A stretch of DNA of 64,000 bases from an uncultured Candidatus Binatia bacterium (GCA_965218425.1 OZ244621.1:1344001-1408000), one strand, 5' to 3'; counted from the first letter of the stretch, positions 40,507 to 53,670 are shown. Made by a program: numbers and translations. The notes: generated by a model from the letters alone, not told the origin.

Positions 40507-41472
40507 TTATGCCATAAAACATGCGACCCAATGACCTTTTTCCTTCTCGATTAGCTCGGGCTCGCGTTCAGCACATTCCTCCACCACCCTGGGGCAACGA
40601 TCCCGGAAACGGCACCCGCTGGGCAGGTCCAGAGGACCGGGAACCACCCCTGGTATCGCCTCTAGCCGTTTTTTCTTCTCACCGCTGATGCCCGGGACGG
40701 AATTTAAAAGTCCCAGTGTATAGGGATGCAAAGGCCGTGAGAAGATGGTTTCGGGATTTGCCTTCTCCACAATTTTTCCTGCATACATGATAGCCACTTC
40801 ATCCGCCTGTTCGGCCACCACACCCAAGTCATGGGTAATCAGCAGCAATGCCATACCGAGACTTTCCTGCAATTCTTTCATGAGCTCCAGGATTTGAGCC
40901 TGAATGGTGACATCCAAAGCGGTGGTGGGTTCGTCCGCAATAAGCAAGCTTGGATTACAGGAAAGGGCCATGGCAATCATCACCCTCTGCCGCATCCCAC
41001 CGCTCAACTGGTGCGGATAAACATCGATTCGCGCCTCGGGGTCTGCAATCTTCACCAGGCGAAGCATGTCAATGGCCTTTTGTCTCGCTTCGCCCTTGGC
41101 CAAACCCTGGTGGAGACGAATGGCCTCCACGATCTGATCGCCAATGGTAAAAACCGGATTGAGTGAGGTCATGGGTTCTTGAAATACCATGGAAATCTCA
41201 TTGCCCCTAACCTTGCGCATCTCCTCCCCATTCAATTTGAGCAAATCCTCGCCCCGAAACAGGACCTGTCCGCTCACCACTTTGCCAGGAGGCATAGGGA
41301 TGAGACGCAGGATGGATAGGGCCGTCACGCTCTTCCCGCAACCTGACTCTCCCACCAGTCCCATGGTTTTTCCCTCTTCGATACTAAAGCTCACACCATC
41401 CACAGCCCGCATCTCTCCTTCGGGTGTGAAAAATGAAGTTCGAAGGTCGTTAATCTCTATCAGGCCTGCCAT
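40507..41472 (-). CDS. oppD: Oligopeptide/dipeptide ABC transporter ATP-binding protein (OppD/DppD-like)
   Basis: [58 protein letters not shown]. Confidence 0.9.
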   Translation of the reverse strand: MAGLIEINDLRTSFFTPEGEMRAVDGVSFSIEEGKTMGLVGESGCGKSVTALSILRLIPMPPGKVVSGQVLFRGEDLLKLNGEEMRKVRGNEISMVFQEPMTSLNPVFTIGDQIVEAIRLHQGLAKGEARQKAIDMLRLVKIADPEARIDVYPHQLSGGMRQRVMIAMALSCNPSLLIADEPTTALDVTIQAQILELMKELQESLGMALLLITHDLGVVAEQADEVAIMYAGKIVEKANPETIFSRPLHPYTLGLLNSVPGISGEKKKRLEAIPGVVPGPLDLPSGCRFRDRCPRVVEECAEREPELIEKEKGHWVACFMA

Positions 41473-41518
41473 AGCAATAAGCGTTCAGCGATCATGCCAG
41501 ACTCTAACCTTTGAAATA

Positions 41519-41785
41519 TTCCACAGAACAACTTCACAAACATTTTTTGCACCAAGACGCCCCCAAGTTAAAATCCGAAGCAGGAAATCCTAAACAACCC
41601 CCAAACTTCAAACCATCAATGCTCAAAACATCTAAGCAAGCAGCCCGGCATTTCTCGCAAAGGCGAAAATTCGAGACCTAAAGACGGATCGGTTAATGCT
41701 GTTGTTTCGCATTCCGGTTATTCGAAATTGTTTCGAATTTGTAATTCTATTTATACTTGGCGTGCTTAGCGTCTTTGCGCGAGCC
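41519..41785 (+). repeat. Nested palindromic intergenic element, copy D
   Basis: TTCCACAGAACAACTTCAC...GCACCAAGACGCC; AAATCCGAAGCAGGAAATCCTAAACAA...TTCGAAATTGTTTCGAATTT; TTTATACTTGGCGTGCTTAGCGTCTTTGCGCGAG. The interior resembles that of copy C. Confidence 0.85.
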
Positions 41786-41834
41786 GTCATTTCTTCGATT
41801 CTTTAATCTAAATTTCAACTGAGTCAAAATCTCC

Positions 41835-42854
41835 TCAGGAGCCCCTGAGTCTCGGATCCAGGGCATCTCGGAGCCCTTCTCCGACTAAATAATATGCGAG
41901 CACAGTGATAAAGATAGCCGCCCCGGGGAACACTGCCAACCACCAGGCAAAAGAATTACCACGCGCCTCGTTGAGGATGGACCCCCAGGTCACTAAATCC
42001 GCCGGGACACCGATACCGAGAAAACTCAAACTGGATTCCACCAAGATGGCCGCAGCAATGCCAAGGACTACGGAGACCATCACCGGAGCCAAGGCGTTGG
42101 GCAGGATATGATGAAACATCACCTTGCGGCTCGAAACTCCCAAGGCGATGGCAGCCGTTACGTAATCCAGATTTCTAATTCTCAAGAACTCGTTGCGCGT
42201 AAACCTTGCAATCCCTACCCAGCTGGTGAGTCCAATAACCGCCATGGTTAGAAAGATACTCGGCGGCAAGAGAGCCGCAATGGTAATCAACAGGAAAAAG
42301 GTAGGTATCGCCAGCATGAGTTCGAAAAGTCTTGAAATGATCAGATCTACCCAAGAGCCAAAGAATCCGGCCAGTGCCCCTAGAACGATCCCGATAACGA
42401 GCGAGATACCCACAGCCACAAATCCAATGGAGAGGGAGATCCGAGAACCGTGGATAATGCCTGCCATCAAATCGCGTCCCAGTTTATCGGTGCCCAACCA
42501 ATGGGTCCGTGAAGGGTCGCTGAAGGGAACTGTGAGATCAATGCCATTGGACCGATAAGGGATGGGAGGAAAAACGTTCCTCTGGCTGTCGAGCTCTTTA
42601 AAGTTAACATTGAGAAGTTGGGGAGGCCAGCTGACCAAACCCATCTGCACAAGATAACTACGGAAGATGGGGAAATAGGTCCTGTCCTGATACCGCAAAT
42701 AGTAAGGCTTATCGTTGGCCAAGAAGTCGGCAAAGATGGCCACCGCGAAAAGCGTTGCAACCACATAGAGCCCTATGACTGCAAGACGATTACGCTTGAA
42801 CTGCTTCCAGACAAAGGACCGGTAGCTCCGACCGGGACCGTTACTCACAGCCAC
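41835..42854 (-). CDS. oppC: Peptide ABC transporter permease (OppC-like)
   Basis: W..FK.N.LA..G, HWLGTD.LGRD, G.RISL.IG, DYV.AA.ALG, HILPN, ESSLSFLG.G, GEGLRDALDP. Confidence 0.9.
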   Translation of the reverse strand: MAVSNGPGRSYRSFVWKQFKRNRLAVIGLYVVATLFAVAIFADFLANDKPYYLRYQDRTYFPIFRSYLVQMGLVSWPPQLLNVNFKELDSQRNVFPPIPYRSNGIDLTVPFSDPSRTHWLGTDKLGRDLMAGIIHGSRISLSIGFVAVGISLVIGIVLGALAGFFGSWVDLIISRLFELMLAIPTFFLLITIAALLPPSIFLTMAVIGLTSWVGIARFTRNEFLRIRNLDYVTAAIALGVSSRKVMFHHILPNALAPVMVSVVLGIAAAILVESSLSFLGIGVPADLVTWGSILNEARGNSFAWWLAVFPGAAIFITVLAYYLVGEGLRDALDPRLRGS

Positions 42855-42911
42855 GGCTCACCGCCGTCGGACAACCCCACAAATAGACTTTAAACATGCT
42901 TCTTTTCATTT

Positions 42912-43940
42912 TCATTCCCGGCGACCAAAGGCAATCCGGGGATCAACCATGGTTAGCAGTATATCAGACAGAAGGATGCCGATCAGGGCCAGAATAGAAC
43001 TCACCGTAAACAGTGCCATGATGGTGGGATAATCCCTCGCCAAGACGGCCTGGTACCCCAATTGTCCCAACCCGGGAATGGAAAAAATCGTCTCTATGAT
43101 AATGCTTCCACCGATCAACCCTGGAAGAATAGATGCCAAGATGGTGACCATAGGTATCAGCGAGTTCTTTAAAACATGTTTGAATATTACCTTATACTCC
43201 GAAAGCCCCTTTGCCCTGGCCGTTCGAACGTAGTCCTGGCCCAGCACCTCCCGCATACCTGTGCGCATATAACGTGATAGGCCCGCGAAGCCCGAGTATG
43301 AAAGTAGGAGCACTGGAAGAAACAGGTGCCACGTCTGATCCGCCAATCGCTGCCATAGAGGCCAGTTGGAGGAATAATCAATAGAGGTAAGCCCAGCAGG
43401 GGGAAATAAATAGAGGAAATCCCCTCCACAGAGAAACACCAGGGCCATGGTACCAGCCCAGACCACGGGCAAGGAAAACAAGACAAAGGCGGATAAGGTC
43501 GTGATCTGATCACCGATGGAATAGGAGTGAGTGGCAGAATAGATTCCCAAAGGAATGGCAACAATGTAAACAACAAGGATGGACAACAGGTTTAGTTTTA
43601 CTGTTACGGGGAGTCGATCGAGTATTTTACCGAATACGGGTTGATTGTCTTTGAGTGAATCGCCGAAATTCAGGGTAAATAGGTTTTTCACCCATACCCC
43701 GTATTGAACGTATAAGGGCCGGTCGAGACCGTATTGCGCCCGCCACTGAGCCAGGGCTTGATCCACGGCACCTCGCTTCTCGGTGGAAATCCCCACCTCC
43801 CCTGCGGCTCCAAGACCACCACCGGCCAGGAGCTCTGCTGGATCCCCCGGGGCAAGGCGCATGATCAGGAAGCTGATCAACGTGATACCTATAAAGGTCG
43901 GGAGAAAAAGGAGGATGCGCTGAAAAATATAGCGCCACAT
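42912..43940 (-). CDS. oppB: Peptide ABC transporter permease (OppB-like)
   Basis: LAPGDP, YGLDRPL.VQY, DYVRTARAKGL, HVLKNSLIP, IETIFS.PGLG, RDYP, VDPRI. Confidence 0.9.
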   Translation of the reverse strand: MWRYIFQRILLFLPTFIGITLISFLIMRLAPGDPAELLAGGGLGAAGEVGISTEKRGAVDQALAQWRAQYGLDRPLYVQYGVWVKNLFTLNFGDSLKDNQPVFGKILDRLPVTVKLNLLSILVVYIVAIPLGIYSATHSYSIGDQITTLSAFVLFSLPVVWAGTMALVFLCGGDFLYLFPPAGLTSIDYSSNWPLWQRLADQTWHLFLPVLLLSYSGFAGLSRYMRTGMREVLGQDYVRTARAKGLSEYKVIFKHVLKNSLIPMVTILASILPGLIGGSIIIETIFSIPGLGQLGYQAVLARDYPTIMALFTVSSILALIGILLSDILLTMVDPRIAFGRRE

Positions 43941-43952
43941 CTTCTGGGTTCA

Positions 43953-45698
43953 CTAAGCGGATGGTTTACCGGTATATTTTTGAGCACCGAGGGGGACCCA
44001 CCATTCCAGAGGCCGGAGCCCGCCGATGGGTAGCACCTCCACGCCTTGGAAGCGCCGCTGCACCGCAGAAACCGCTTTCGGCATAAAGAGAAAGGTGTAG
44101 GGCTGGTCCTCGTGAACAATGCGCTGAAACTCTCGGTAGAGCTCCACACGCTTGTTGAAGTCAAACTCCCGCCGGTAGATCTCCAGGATTTCATCCACCC
44201 GTTGGTTCTTATAGCTTATCATGTTGGAGCCCTTGTTGGCGGATTGGGAAGAATGCCAGACCTGAAAGGCGTCCGGATCGTTGACGCTCATGCCCCATCC
44301 GAGAATCATGGCATCGAAACGATGATTTCTAACGTCATCTAAATAGATGGTCCAATCCAGCTGGCGTACCTTAGCCACAATTCCATGCTTTTCAAGCTCG
44401 TCTTGAAGGATGAGCGCGATGCTCTTGCGCGTGGGGTTCCCCGAGTTGAACTTGATTTCAAAGCGGAAGGGTACCTTCTTGCCATCAATGACCTTGTCCA
44501 ACACCCCGTCTCCATCCGCGTCCTTCCAGCCAGCCTCCTTGAGAAGTCCCAAGGCCTTTTTGGGGTCATAGGGAGTGCTGTTGAGGGTTTTGTCATATTC
44601 CGGGCGGAAATAATAAATGGGGCTATCCACCACCTGACCCAGACCGGACAGAATGGTTTTCACCATCTGATTGCGGTTGGTCAGATAAGTCATTGCCTTT
44701 CGGACCCGCTTGTCCCGGAAAATCGGGTGATTGTTATTCCATCCTATATAGGTGTACCCCGGCGAGAAATAAGTGAACTTTTGGAATTGTTCGTGGAAAC
44801 GACCGCTGCCGGTCTGTTTCAGGTGTTGCAAAGGCTGCAAGCTCATGGTGTCCAAGCCGCCGCTTTTGAGGCTCACGAGGGCCGCGTCCATGTTATTGAT
44901 TACTCGGAATCTGAACAGGTACAGAAAGGTCTGATCGATTCCAGGCTTCCCCTTCCCCCAATATCGATCATCTCGCTCCAACAGAACCTCTTGCCCGGTT
45001 TCCCACTTCAGGAACTTGTAGGGACCGCTCCCCATGGGATTTCGGCTGAAGTTCTTGTTGAAATCATTGGCAAACCGCTTGACCTCCTCTGACAACCCTG
45101 TACCTCCCTGGTTGAGTTCCTGAACGGTCACATTATTTAAAAGATCCTCTGGATCGTAGTAGTGACGTGGCAGGACATCGATACCGCCAAGCACGCTTTC
45201 GTTCAGAAAGTAAGGCTCTTTGGTCACAAACTGGATCGTGAAGTCATCCACGAGCCGAGCATCCACCACCGAGTTGTAGTACACGCGGAGAAAAGGCGCG
45301 TTGACCAGAGGACACTTAATGGCCTTGATGCTGAACAGCACGTCCTCCCCTGTCACAGGATGACCGTCCTGGAATGTGGCATCCTTGCGAATCTTAAAGG
45401 TGTAACTCAGCTTGTCATCCGAAATGGCAGGCCGGGACTCTGCCAACAGGGGCTTTAGCTCAAGGGAGCGGGGATCACGGGTAAGGAGCCCCTGAAAGAC
45501 ATATTGTAGGATGGCACTTGCCCCGGAGTCATTGCTGGTGAGGGGATTGAGCTGCTCTGGATCACTCAGCATGTGCATCAGTAGCCAGTCACCTACGGCC
45601 GGTCCCGTGGCGCCCTTAGGCTCATCCTTGGTCTTGCACCCAACCAGCGAAAGTAACACCACGAGAACGAGCACCATGAAAGGTCTTCTGGAGGACAT
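43953..45698 (-). CDS. oppA: Peptide ABC transporter substrate-binding lipoprotein (SBP family 5)
   Basis: Lipobox LVGC, DP..LNP, PLLAES, TF.IR..A.FQDG.P.T.EDV.FS, P.GSGPY.F..W, F.DKRVR.A, YDP.KA..LL.EAGW. Start set at ATG 45698. Confidence 0.9.
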   Translation of the reverse strand: MSSRRPFMVLVLVVLLSLVGCKTKDEPKGATGPAVGDWLLMHMLSDPEQLNPLTSNDSGASAILQYVFQGLLTRDPRSLELKPLLAESRPAISDDKLSYTFKIRKDATFQDGHPVTGEDVLFSIKAIKCPLVNAPFLRVYYNSVVDARLVDDFTIQFVTKEPYFLNESVLGGIDVLPRHYYDPEDLLNNVTVQELNQGGTGLSEEVKRFANDFNKNFSRNPMGSGPYKFLKWETGQEVLLERDDRYWGKGKPGIDQTFLYLFRFRVINNMDAALVSLKSGGLDTMSLQPLQHLKQTGSGRFHEQFQKFTYFSPGYTYIGWNNNHPIFRDKRVRKAMTYLTNRNQMVKTILSGLGQVVDSPIYYFRPEYDKTLNSTPYDPKKALGLLKEAGWKDADGDGVLDKVIDGKKVPFRFEIKFNSGNPTRKSIALILQDELEKHGIVAKVRQLDWTIYLDDVRNHRFDAMILGWGMSVNDPDAFQVWHSSQSANKGSNMISYKNQRVDEILEIYRREFDFNKRVELYREFQRIVHEDQPYTFLFMPKAVSAVQRRFQGVEVLPIGGLRPLEWWVPLGAQKYTGKPSA

Positions 45699-45711
45699 GA
45701 ATCGTATCCCC

Positions 45712-46536
45712 TTAACCACCAAACGATTCAAGGGAGATTTCTCTGACCTGCCTCGGTCGTTGCTGCACGAAGAGAGGCACGGGAATTTCAACATTGATCT
45801 CCGGTTCCCGGTAGCGTATCTGCCATGTCTTGTCCTCGGTGCTGGACTCCAAGGAGATCTTCAACGGGAAGGGACCAGCGGAGGTGGAAACAAAATCGGA
45901 GAAGACCGCACTTAGCTCGCTGTATCCATCGGAGTCCAGACGATCCCATCCGATGGGAACACCCGATGCCGGATCAAAATCGATCCTTTCGCTGCCGCCA
46001 TTGGGAAGAGCTCGCTCAATGGCGTGCCCCCCCCCTTGCCAAGCTCCCCCTCCTTTTACCGGAGGTAATCCTAGAAGAAGGGAGGTCAACTCCGCCAACT
46101 CCAGAGGAATTTGGGTAAAGCGGATGAGATTTCGCTTGGAGCTCACACCGCGATAGAGGATCCTCTTTCGGGGCAGAAACCCTACAACCTCGTCTCCATT
46201 GGCCGTTAACACCAAGATGGCGCCCAAAGGAGAGAGAGTTTCCAGCCGAAGACGGTCCGGGCGGTCAACCAGGAGGGCCACACGGAACCCTCCTCTTTCA
46301 TCTTTGTACTGATAATTGATGGAGGATAAACTCCTCAGTGAAAGAACCTGGTCCGCCTTTTTTAACAGGCCGCGAACTAATTCTTGTGTTGCTGGGCTCT
46401 GGGGGGGGACAGCATCCGGCAGGCTGATGAAAGGACCAACTAGGGCACAACTCCCAAGGGTTAATCCTGCCGTAATCATGAGAGTTGCTCCACATAAAAT
46501 AAAAAGGCCTTTCCGACCCCACTGAAAAAACCTCAA
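45712..46536 (-). CDS. LolB-like / DUF4292-type lipoprotein
   Basis: Lipobox LGSC, P.RLRLE.LSP.G, L...LLG..P, FP..I; downstream of a TPR lipoprotein. Confidence 0.65.
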   Translation of the reverse strand: MRFFQWGRKGLFILCGATLMITAGLTLGSCALVGPFISLPDAVPPQSPATQELVRGLLKKADQVLSLRSLSSINYQYKDERGGFRVALLVDRPDRLRLETLSPLGAILVLTANGDEVVGFLPRKRILYRGVSSKRNLIRFTQIPLELAELTSLLLGLPPVKGGGAWQGGGHAIERALPNGGSERIDFDPASGVPIGWDRLDSDGYSELSAVFSDFVSTSAGPFPLKISLESSTEDKTWQIRYREPEINVEIPVPLFVQQRPRQVREISLESFGG

Positions 46537-48284
46537 ATTTCTCTCTCCAGGCGTTGGATTTTTTCTTGGATTCTTCGCAACCGATCTTTTTCCTTGGCAC
46601 TCCTCTCGGCTTCGCGATAATGCTGGAGGGCCTGCTGTGGTTTACCAAGCTTCTCATAGGCGTCTCCTAGGTGTTCGATGATCGTGGGATCATCCACCAC
46701 CAACCCCACTGCCCGCTCTAGTTGTTCCACAGCCTTGTCATATTTACCCTTCTGGTAGTAGACCCACCCTAGACTATCGATATAAAACCCGTCATTGGGC
46801 TCAAGCTTGAGTGCCCTCACAACCAAATCCTCGGCTTCGTCCAGAAGAACTCCCATCTCTGCATAGGTGTAACCCAGATAATTCAAAGCGGCCGAGTTTT
46901 TAGGATCCAGCTCGATGGCTTTTTTCATGTGCTCGATGGTCTTGGTCTTGTTCTTATTCTCATCGTAGAGGGCTCCCAGTCGAAAGTGCGCCTGGTCGCT
47001 TTTGGGGTCCAAATCGAGGACTTCTTGTAAGGTTTGAATGGCCATGGGGTAGTCTTTGGCCTTATGGTAGAGCGAGGCAAGTAAGTCAAGCAGCTCTTTT
47101 CTATCCTTGCCCTTCTGTTTTGCCAAAGCTGCCTGAACCGCTTTGATGGCCTTGGAAACATCACCACGGCGGTCATAGATGGAAGCGAGTTGGAGGCGAG
47201 ACTCGGAATAGTATTCGCTCTTTTCCGGGATGCGGGAAAATTCCTCAATAGCCCTTACATCGTCCTTCAGCTGCGCGTAGCTGGCGCCCAGAAAATACCG
47301 CACCCGGTGGCTCTGCGGGTTTCCCGCCAGGACGAGGTTGAATTCTGTGGTTGCCCGGGCAAAATCACGCTTCCCATAGTAAATGAGACCGATTTTGGTC
47401 CTTGTCTCACTGGGATCGGCCTGGTCCGCCTGTAACTTCTGGAATTGCTCTAAAGCCTCGTCCAGTTTGTTTTGTCCAACGTATATCTCGCCCAGCCTCT
47501 TTCTCGCCCACTCATTCTTAGGGCGAGTACCGAGAAGTGATTGATAGGTCCGAATGGCTTCCTCCGTCTTCCCCTGGAGCTCATAAACCAAAGCAAGGTC
47601 CATCAGCGCGGCTTCGGACTTGGGATGCAGTTCAAGGGCCTTTCGGTAACTCTCCTCGGCGTCCAGCAATTTCTTGGTCTCGGCCTGGACCCTCCCCAAG
47701 TAGTAATATCCAAGAACCGACGAGGGATTGAGGGCGATGAGTTTTTCGAGATACTGGACGGCCTTTTCGAAATCTTTTCCTTTGAGATAGAGCGCCCCCA
47801 GATAGAGAAAGGCCTCCTGACTCTTGGGATTTAACTGGAGAACCTTTTGATACTCTTCGATGCCCTTGGAGTCCCGTCCGATGGAGGTATAGAGGCCAGC
47901 TAAAAGTCGACGGGTTTGTAATTCTTCCGGATCCAGCCTGGATGCCTCTTCCGCCTCCTTCAAGGCACGACCTAGCTTCCCCTGGCGCAGGTAAAGGGTG
48001 GCCAGGCGCAACCGCAAAAAGGCATTTGACGGATCGGCCCGAACGGCTGACCCATACTCTTTAAGAGCCGCGGACAAATTTCCTTCCGTAAGGTAAAGTT
48101 GACCCTGAATGAAATGGGCATGGGCCTTGGCCCTAACCGGAACTTTAGTCTTTTCTTTTCCTGCAAAGGGGGCCGGCATCTCCGTAACCGTTTTCCCGGG
48201 CGTGCCTTCGGGAGTCGAAACGGCAGGGGTACAGCTCGGTAGGAGGGCAAACCACAGAATCGCAAAAATGGTCAGAAAGCCCAT
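46533..48284 (-). CDS. TPR-repeat lipoprotein
   Basis: Lipobox LPSC, many TPR repeats, C-terminal ALNYLGY..A....L.EAE....AL...P.DG...DSLGWVYY..G. Confidence 0.9.
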   Translation of the reverse strand: MGFLTIFAILWFALLPSCTPAVSTPEGTPGKTVTEMPAPFAGKEKTKVPVRAKAHAHFIQGQLYLTEGNLSAALKEYGSAVRADPSNAFLRLRLATLYLRQGKLGRALKEAEEASRLDPEELQTRRLLAGLYTSIGRDSKGIEEYQKVLQLNPKSQEAFLYLGALYLKGKDFEKAVQYLEKLIALNPSSVLGYYYLGRVQAETKKLLDAEESYRKALELHPKSEAALMDLALVYELQGKTEEAIRTYQSLLGTRPKNEWARKRLGEIYVGQNKLDEALEQFQKLQADQADPSETRTKIGLIYYGKRDFARATTEFNLVLAGNPQSHRVRYFLGASYAQLKDDVRAIEEFSRIPEKSEYYSESRLQLASIYDRRGDVSKAIKAVQAALAKQKGKDRKELLDLLASLYHKAKDYPMAIQTLQEVLDLDPKSDQAHFRLGALYDENKNKTKTIEHMKKAIELDPKNSAALNYLGYTYAEMGVLLDEAEDLVVRALKLEPNDGFYIDSLGWVYYQKGKYDKAVEQLERAVGLVVDDPTIIEHLGDAYEKLGKPQQALQHYREAERSAKEKDRLRRIQEKIQRLEREI

Positions 48285-48504
48285 ATAAACAAATAATTAA
48301 CACACCGCCCAAGGAGGGTCAACGACGTCTGAGTCCTAATACTCTAAAGTGTAGTGCGGCGGGACCCGGTGAATAGTGAGTAGAGGCCAAGGGAGGCGGC
48401 AACAGACTCGGGTCCATTGCTACCGTTACAATGGCTATGGTACGTGATGAGTAAGACCGTTGAGACAGGATATCTGGTTACAAAGGAAGTTATTTTACGG
48501 GGTT

Positions 48505-49461
48505 ATGAGCATTCATCCGGCGATTCAAGGGATCACCCAGGACAATCTTTCCGGATCGCAAGAAATAACCAACAAAGCAAGCCTACTGATCCTTCAACTG
48601 TTACGGGACAGAAAACACCCCTCGCCGGAACTGTTGGGAAGGGACCTGCTCAAAGTCGGCAGCAGGCTTCTCCATGCCCAACCGGTCATGGCCTCCCTCC
48701 TTAACCTGTTTAATACGGCCCTTTCCGCACTCAATGATGTCCCTAGTGGGTCCACTGGAGTTCGGGAGATCCGTTTCACCACAAAAACGTTCATCCGTGA
48801 AATGAATGAACACAACGAGAACATATCCAACCATCTCTTTCGTCAGGTAAGAACAAAGGACACCATTCTAACCTATTCAAGCAGCCGTTCAGTTCGGGAG
48901 GCCCTTCTCCGCTGTTGGAAGAAAGGCAAACGGTTTTCAGTTATCTGTAGCGAGTCCCGCCCAGCCGGCGAAGGTACCCTCCTGGCACGCCGTCTTGTCG
49001 CCGGGGGAATTCCCACTTCCCTTACCACCGACGCCCTCGCCCTGTCCCTTTTGTCCGCCTCCCATGGCAGCGAAGACAGGGTAAACATGATTCTGGTGAG
49101 TGCTGACTCGGTTTCCCCTCGGGGACTTACCAACAAGGCAGGAACACACCCCTTGGCCCTGGTTGCCAATCACACCTCTGTTCCATTTTATGCCCTGGCT
49201 GGAAGTGAGAAGTTCTTCCCTTGGAATTTTCCCGTGGAGAGGATGATTCCGGATGCCCCGCAGAAAGAAGTCCTTGCCCATGCTCCCAGAAAGTTGAAAA
49301 TCATCAATCGTATCTTCGACGTTACCCCCTTAACCAACGTAACCGGTATCATCACTGAAAAAGGGCTATTTACCTCTCAGGAAATGAGAACTCACCTCAA
49401 AAAGCTCCATGTTCATCCCGGACTCATGGCGGCGCTAAAGAAGGTCTATATTCAAAAATAA
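48505..49461 (+). CDS. eIF-2B alpha/beta/delta family protein
   Basis: QP.MASL.N, ILTYSSS.SV, SESRP.GEG..LA..L...GI, ADSV, NKAGT..LAL.A, VPFY, N..FD.TP...T.IITE.G. Confidence 0.85.
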   Translation: MSIHPAIQGITQDNLSGSQEITNKASLLILQLLRDRKHPSPELLGRDLLKVGSRLLHAQPVMASLLNLFNTALSALNDVPSGSTGVREIRFTTKTFIREMNEHNENISNHLFRQVRTKDTILTYSSSRSVREALLRCWKKGKRFSVICSESRPAGEGTLLARRLVAGGIPTSLTTDALALSLLSASHGSEDRVNMILVSADSVSPRGLTNKAGTHPLALVANHTSVPFYALAGSEKFFPWNFPVERMIPDAPQKEVLAHAPRKLKIINRIFDVTPLTNVTGIITEKGLFTSQEMRTHLKKLHVHPGLMAALKKVYIQK

Positions 49462-49478
49462 TTAGGCCCTATCCAATG

Positions 49479-49523
49479 TTCAACACAACGACATCGGCAA
49501 TGTGTATCGCGCCAAGACGCCAA
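49479..49523 (+). repeat. Nested palindromic element, solitary left arm (copy E)
   Basis: TTCAACACAACGACATCGGC-AATGTGTAT-CGCGCCAAGACGCCAA matches the left arm of copy G. Confidence 0.7.
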
Positions 49524-49581
49524 TCGCCCTCTCTTAATTTCCCACTCAGTCCTCACTACTCGTTGCTCGTCACCTAGTTAG

Positions 49582-51698
<2,117 letters not shown>

Positions 51699-51699
<1 letters not shown>

Positions 51700-52283
51700 T
51701 GGACAAAACCAAGGCCCCGACATTCGGCGAGGGATCCGGGGCATACTCCAACTCCTTTCTCTCGCTGGCACGGTGGATCGACAGCCTAAACGATCGGGTG
51801 GGTCGGACCATCTCTTGGCTCACGGCTATTATGGTGGTGGTCACAACTGCGGACGTGACCATGCGCTATGCTTTTAATACTGGCTTTGTATTCGTCCAAG
51901 AACTTGAATGGCATCTGTTCGCCGTGATTTTCTTGTGCGCCGCCGGCTTTACGCTCTTAAAGGACAGCCATGTTCGGGTGGACATCTTCTATTCGCGGCT
52001 TTCGCTACGTAACAAAGCCTTTGTCAACTTCGCCTTCGCGCTCCTTTTTCTTTTCCCGACATGTTTTCTCCTCATCAAAACTTCGCTTCCTTTCATTGAA
52101 CGTTCCTGGGCGGTCCTGGAAGGCTCACCGGACCCTGGAGGCCTCCCCGCCAGGTACCTTCTGAAGGGAGCCATTCCGGTGGGATTTCTTCTCCTGGCGC
52201 TTCAGGGACTTTCAGAGACCATCAAGAACGCCCATGTGCTCATCCGGCAAAATTCAGTCACCAACCCGAGAAAGAACCCATGA
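51699..52283 (+). CDS. dctQ: TRAP transporter small permease
   Basis: V.MRY.FN......QELEWHLF, TL..D.HVRVDI.Y, E.SPDPGGLP.RY..K..IP.GF.LL.LQG. Confidence 0.88.
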
Positions 52284-53599
52284 CGGAACTCCTTCCGGTA
52301 TTGATGTTTCTCGTCTTCACTCTCCTGATCTTGGTAGGTTATCCCATCGCTTTCACTATCTGTGGCACCGCACTTGGTTTTGGACTCTACGCTTTCGGCA
52401 TGAGTTTTTTCGATCTTCTCCCGCTGCGGGTCTGGGGAATCATGACGAATTCCACGCTCATCGCCGTGCCCTTATTTATATTCATGGGAGTCATGCTGGA
52501 ACGATCGGGATTGGCCCAGGAACTACTTGAAACCATGGGGCAGATTTTCGGACGCTTTCCCGGAGGGCTGGCCATATCGGTGGTTGTGGTGGGCGCGCTT
52601 CTGGCGGCTTCAACGGGAATCGTAGGGGCAACCGTGACCACCATGGGGCTCATTGCCCTACCAACAATGATCAGGCGCGGCTACCAAAAGGAACTGGCCT
52701 CCGGTGTGGTCTGCGCTTCGGGTACCCTGGGCCAGATTATTCCGCCCAGCATCGTCCTGGTTCTGGTGGGAGACATACTTGGGGTATCCGTGGGGGAACT
52801 GTTTCTTGGAGCCCTCATACCTGGTGTGGGTCTGGCCGGCATGTACATCGTTTACCTGCTCGTAGTACCCATCGTCCGTCCCGGATTTATGCCGCCCATT
52901 TTCCCCACAGGACATCCAACCCTCAACACAGCCCAACTCTGGATCGGCGCAGCCAAGGCCGTCGTCCCTGCTCTCGCTTTAATGGTTGCCATCCTCGGCT
53001 CCATCTTTTTCGGTATTGCCGCTCCCACTGAGGCCGCTGCCATCGGCGCCTCTGGAGCAGTATGCCTTACCATGATAAACGGGAGATTCAACTTCACAAT
53101 GCTTAGGGAGGTCATGCAAACCACCACTCGTCTCACCAGCATGGTCTTCATCATCCTGGTTGGAGCCACGGCCTTTGGCCTGGCCTTTCGAGGAATGGGA
53201 GGAGACTCACTGGTGCGAAACTTCATCTCCCATCTATCGATTCCACCCTGGGCGGTTTTTGCCAGCATCATGGGAATCGTCTTCGTGCTAGGATTTTTCC
53301 TCGATTTCATCGAGATCGCGTTCATTCACCTCCCCGTGATTGCTCCCATCCTCGGCGAGATGGGATTCGACCCCCTCTGGTACGGGGTCCTGCTCGGCAT
53401 CAACCTGCAGACCTCTTTTCTCACTCCGCCCTTTGGTTTCGCCCTCTTTTACTTGAGGGGAGTGGCACCCCCCGAGCTGACCACAGGCCATATCTACCGT
53501 GGAATTTTACCTTTCGTCATCATTCAGATCATTGGGCTCACCTTGGTCGCCTGTTTCCCCGCTCTGGCCACTTGGCTCCCCAGGCTTTTGGCCCATTAA
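52280..53599 (+). CDS. dctM: TRAP transporter large permease
   Basis: L.AVPLFIFMG..LERSG.A, AASTGIVGA.V..MG, ASGTLGQIIPPSI, LQTSFLTPPFG.ALFYL. Confidence 0.92.
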   Translation: MTELLPVLMFLVFTLLILVGYPIAFTICGTALGFGLYAFGMSFFDLLPLRVWGIMTNSTLIAVPLFIFMGVMLERSGLAQELLETMGQIFGRFPGGLAISVVVVGALLAASTGIVGATVTTMGLIALPTMIRRGYQKELASGVVCASGTLGQIIPPSIVLVLVGDILGVSVGELFLGALIPGVGLAGMYIVYLLVVPIVRPGFMPPIFPTGHPTLNTAQLWIGAAKAVVPALALMVAILGSIFFGIAAPTEAAAIGASGAVCLTMINGRFNFTMLREVMQTTTRLTSMVFIILVGATAFGLAFRGMGGDSLVRNFISHLSIPPWAVFASIMGIVFVLGFFLDFIEIAFIHLPVIAPILGEMGFDPLWYGVLLGINLQTSFLTPPFGFALFYLRGVAPPELTTGHIYRGILPFVIIQIIGLTLVACFPALATWLPRLLAH

Positions 53600-53670
53600 G
53601 ACTCCCCCGATCTCGAATTTACCGGGTGGGGAACTTGCAGAAACGGACTCGCCGGGATAGGGAAGATCCC

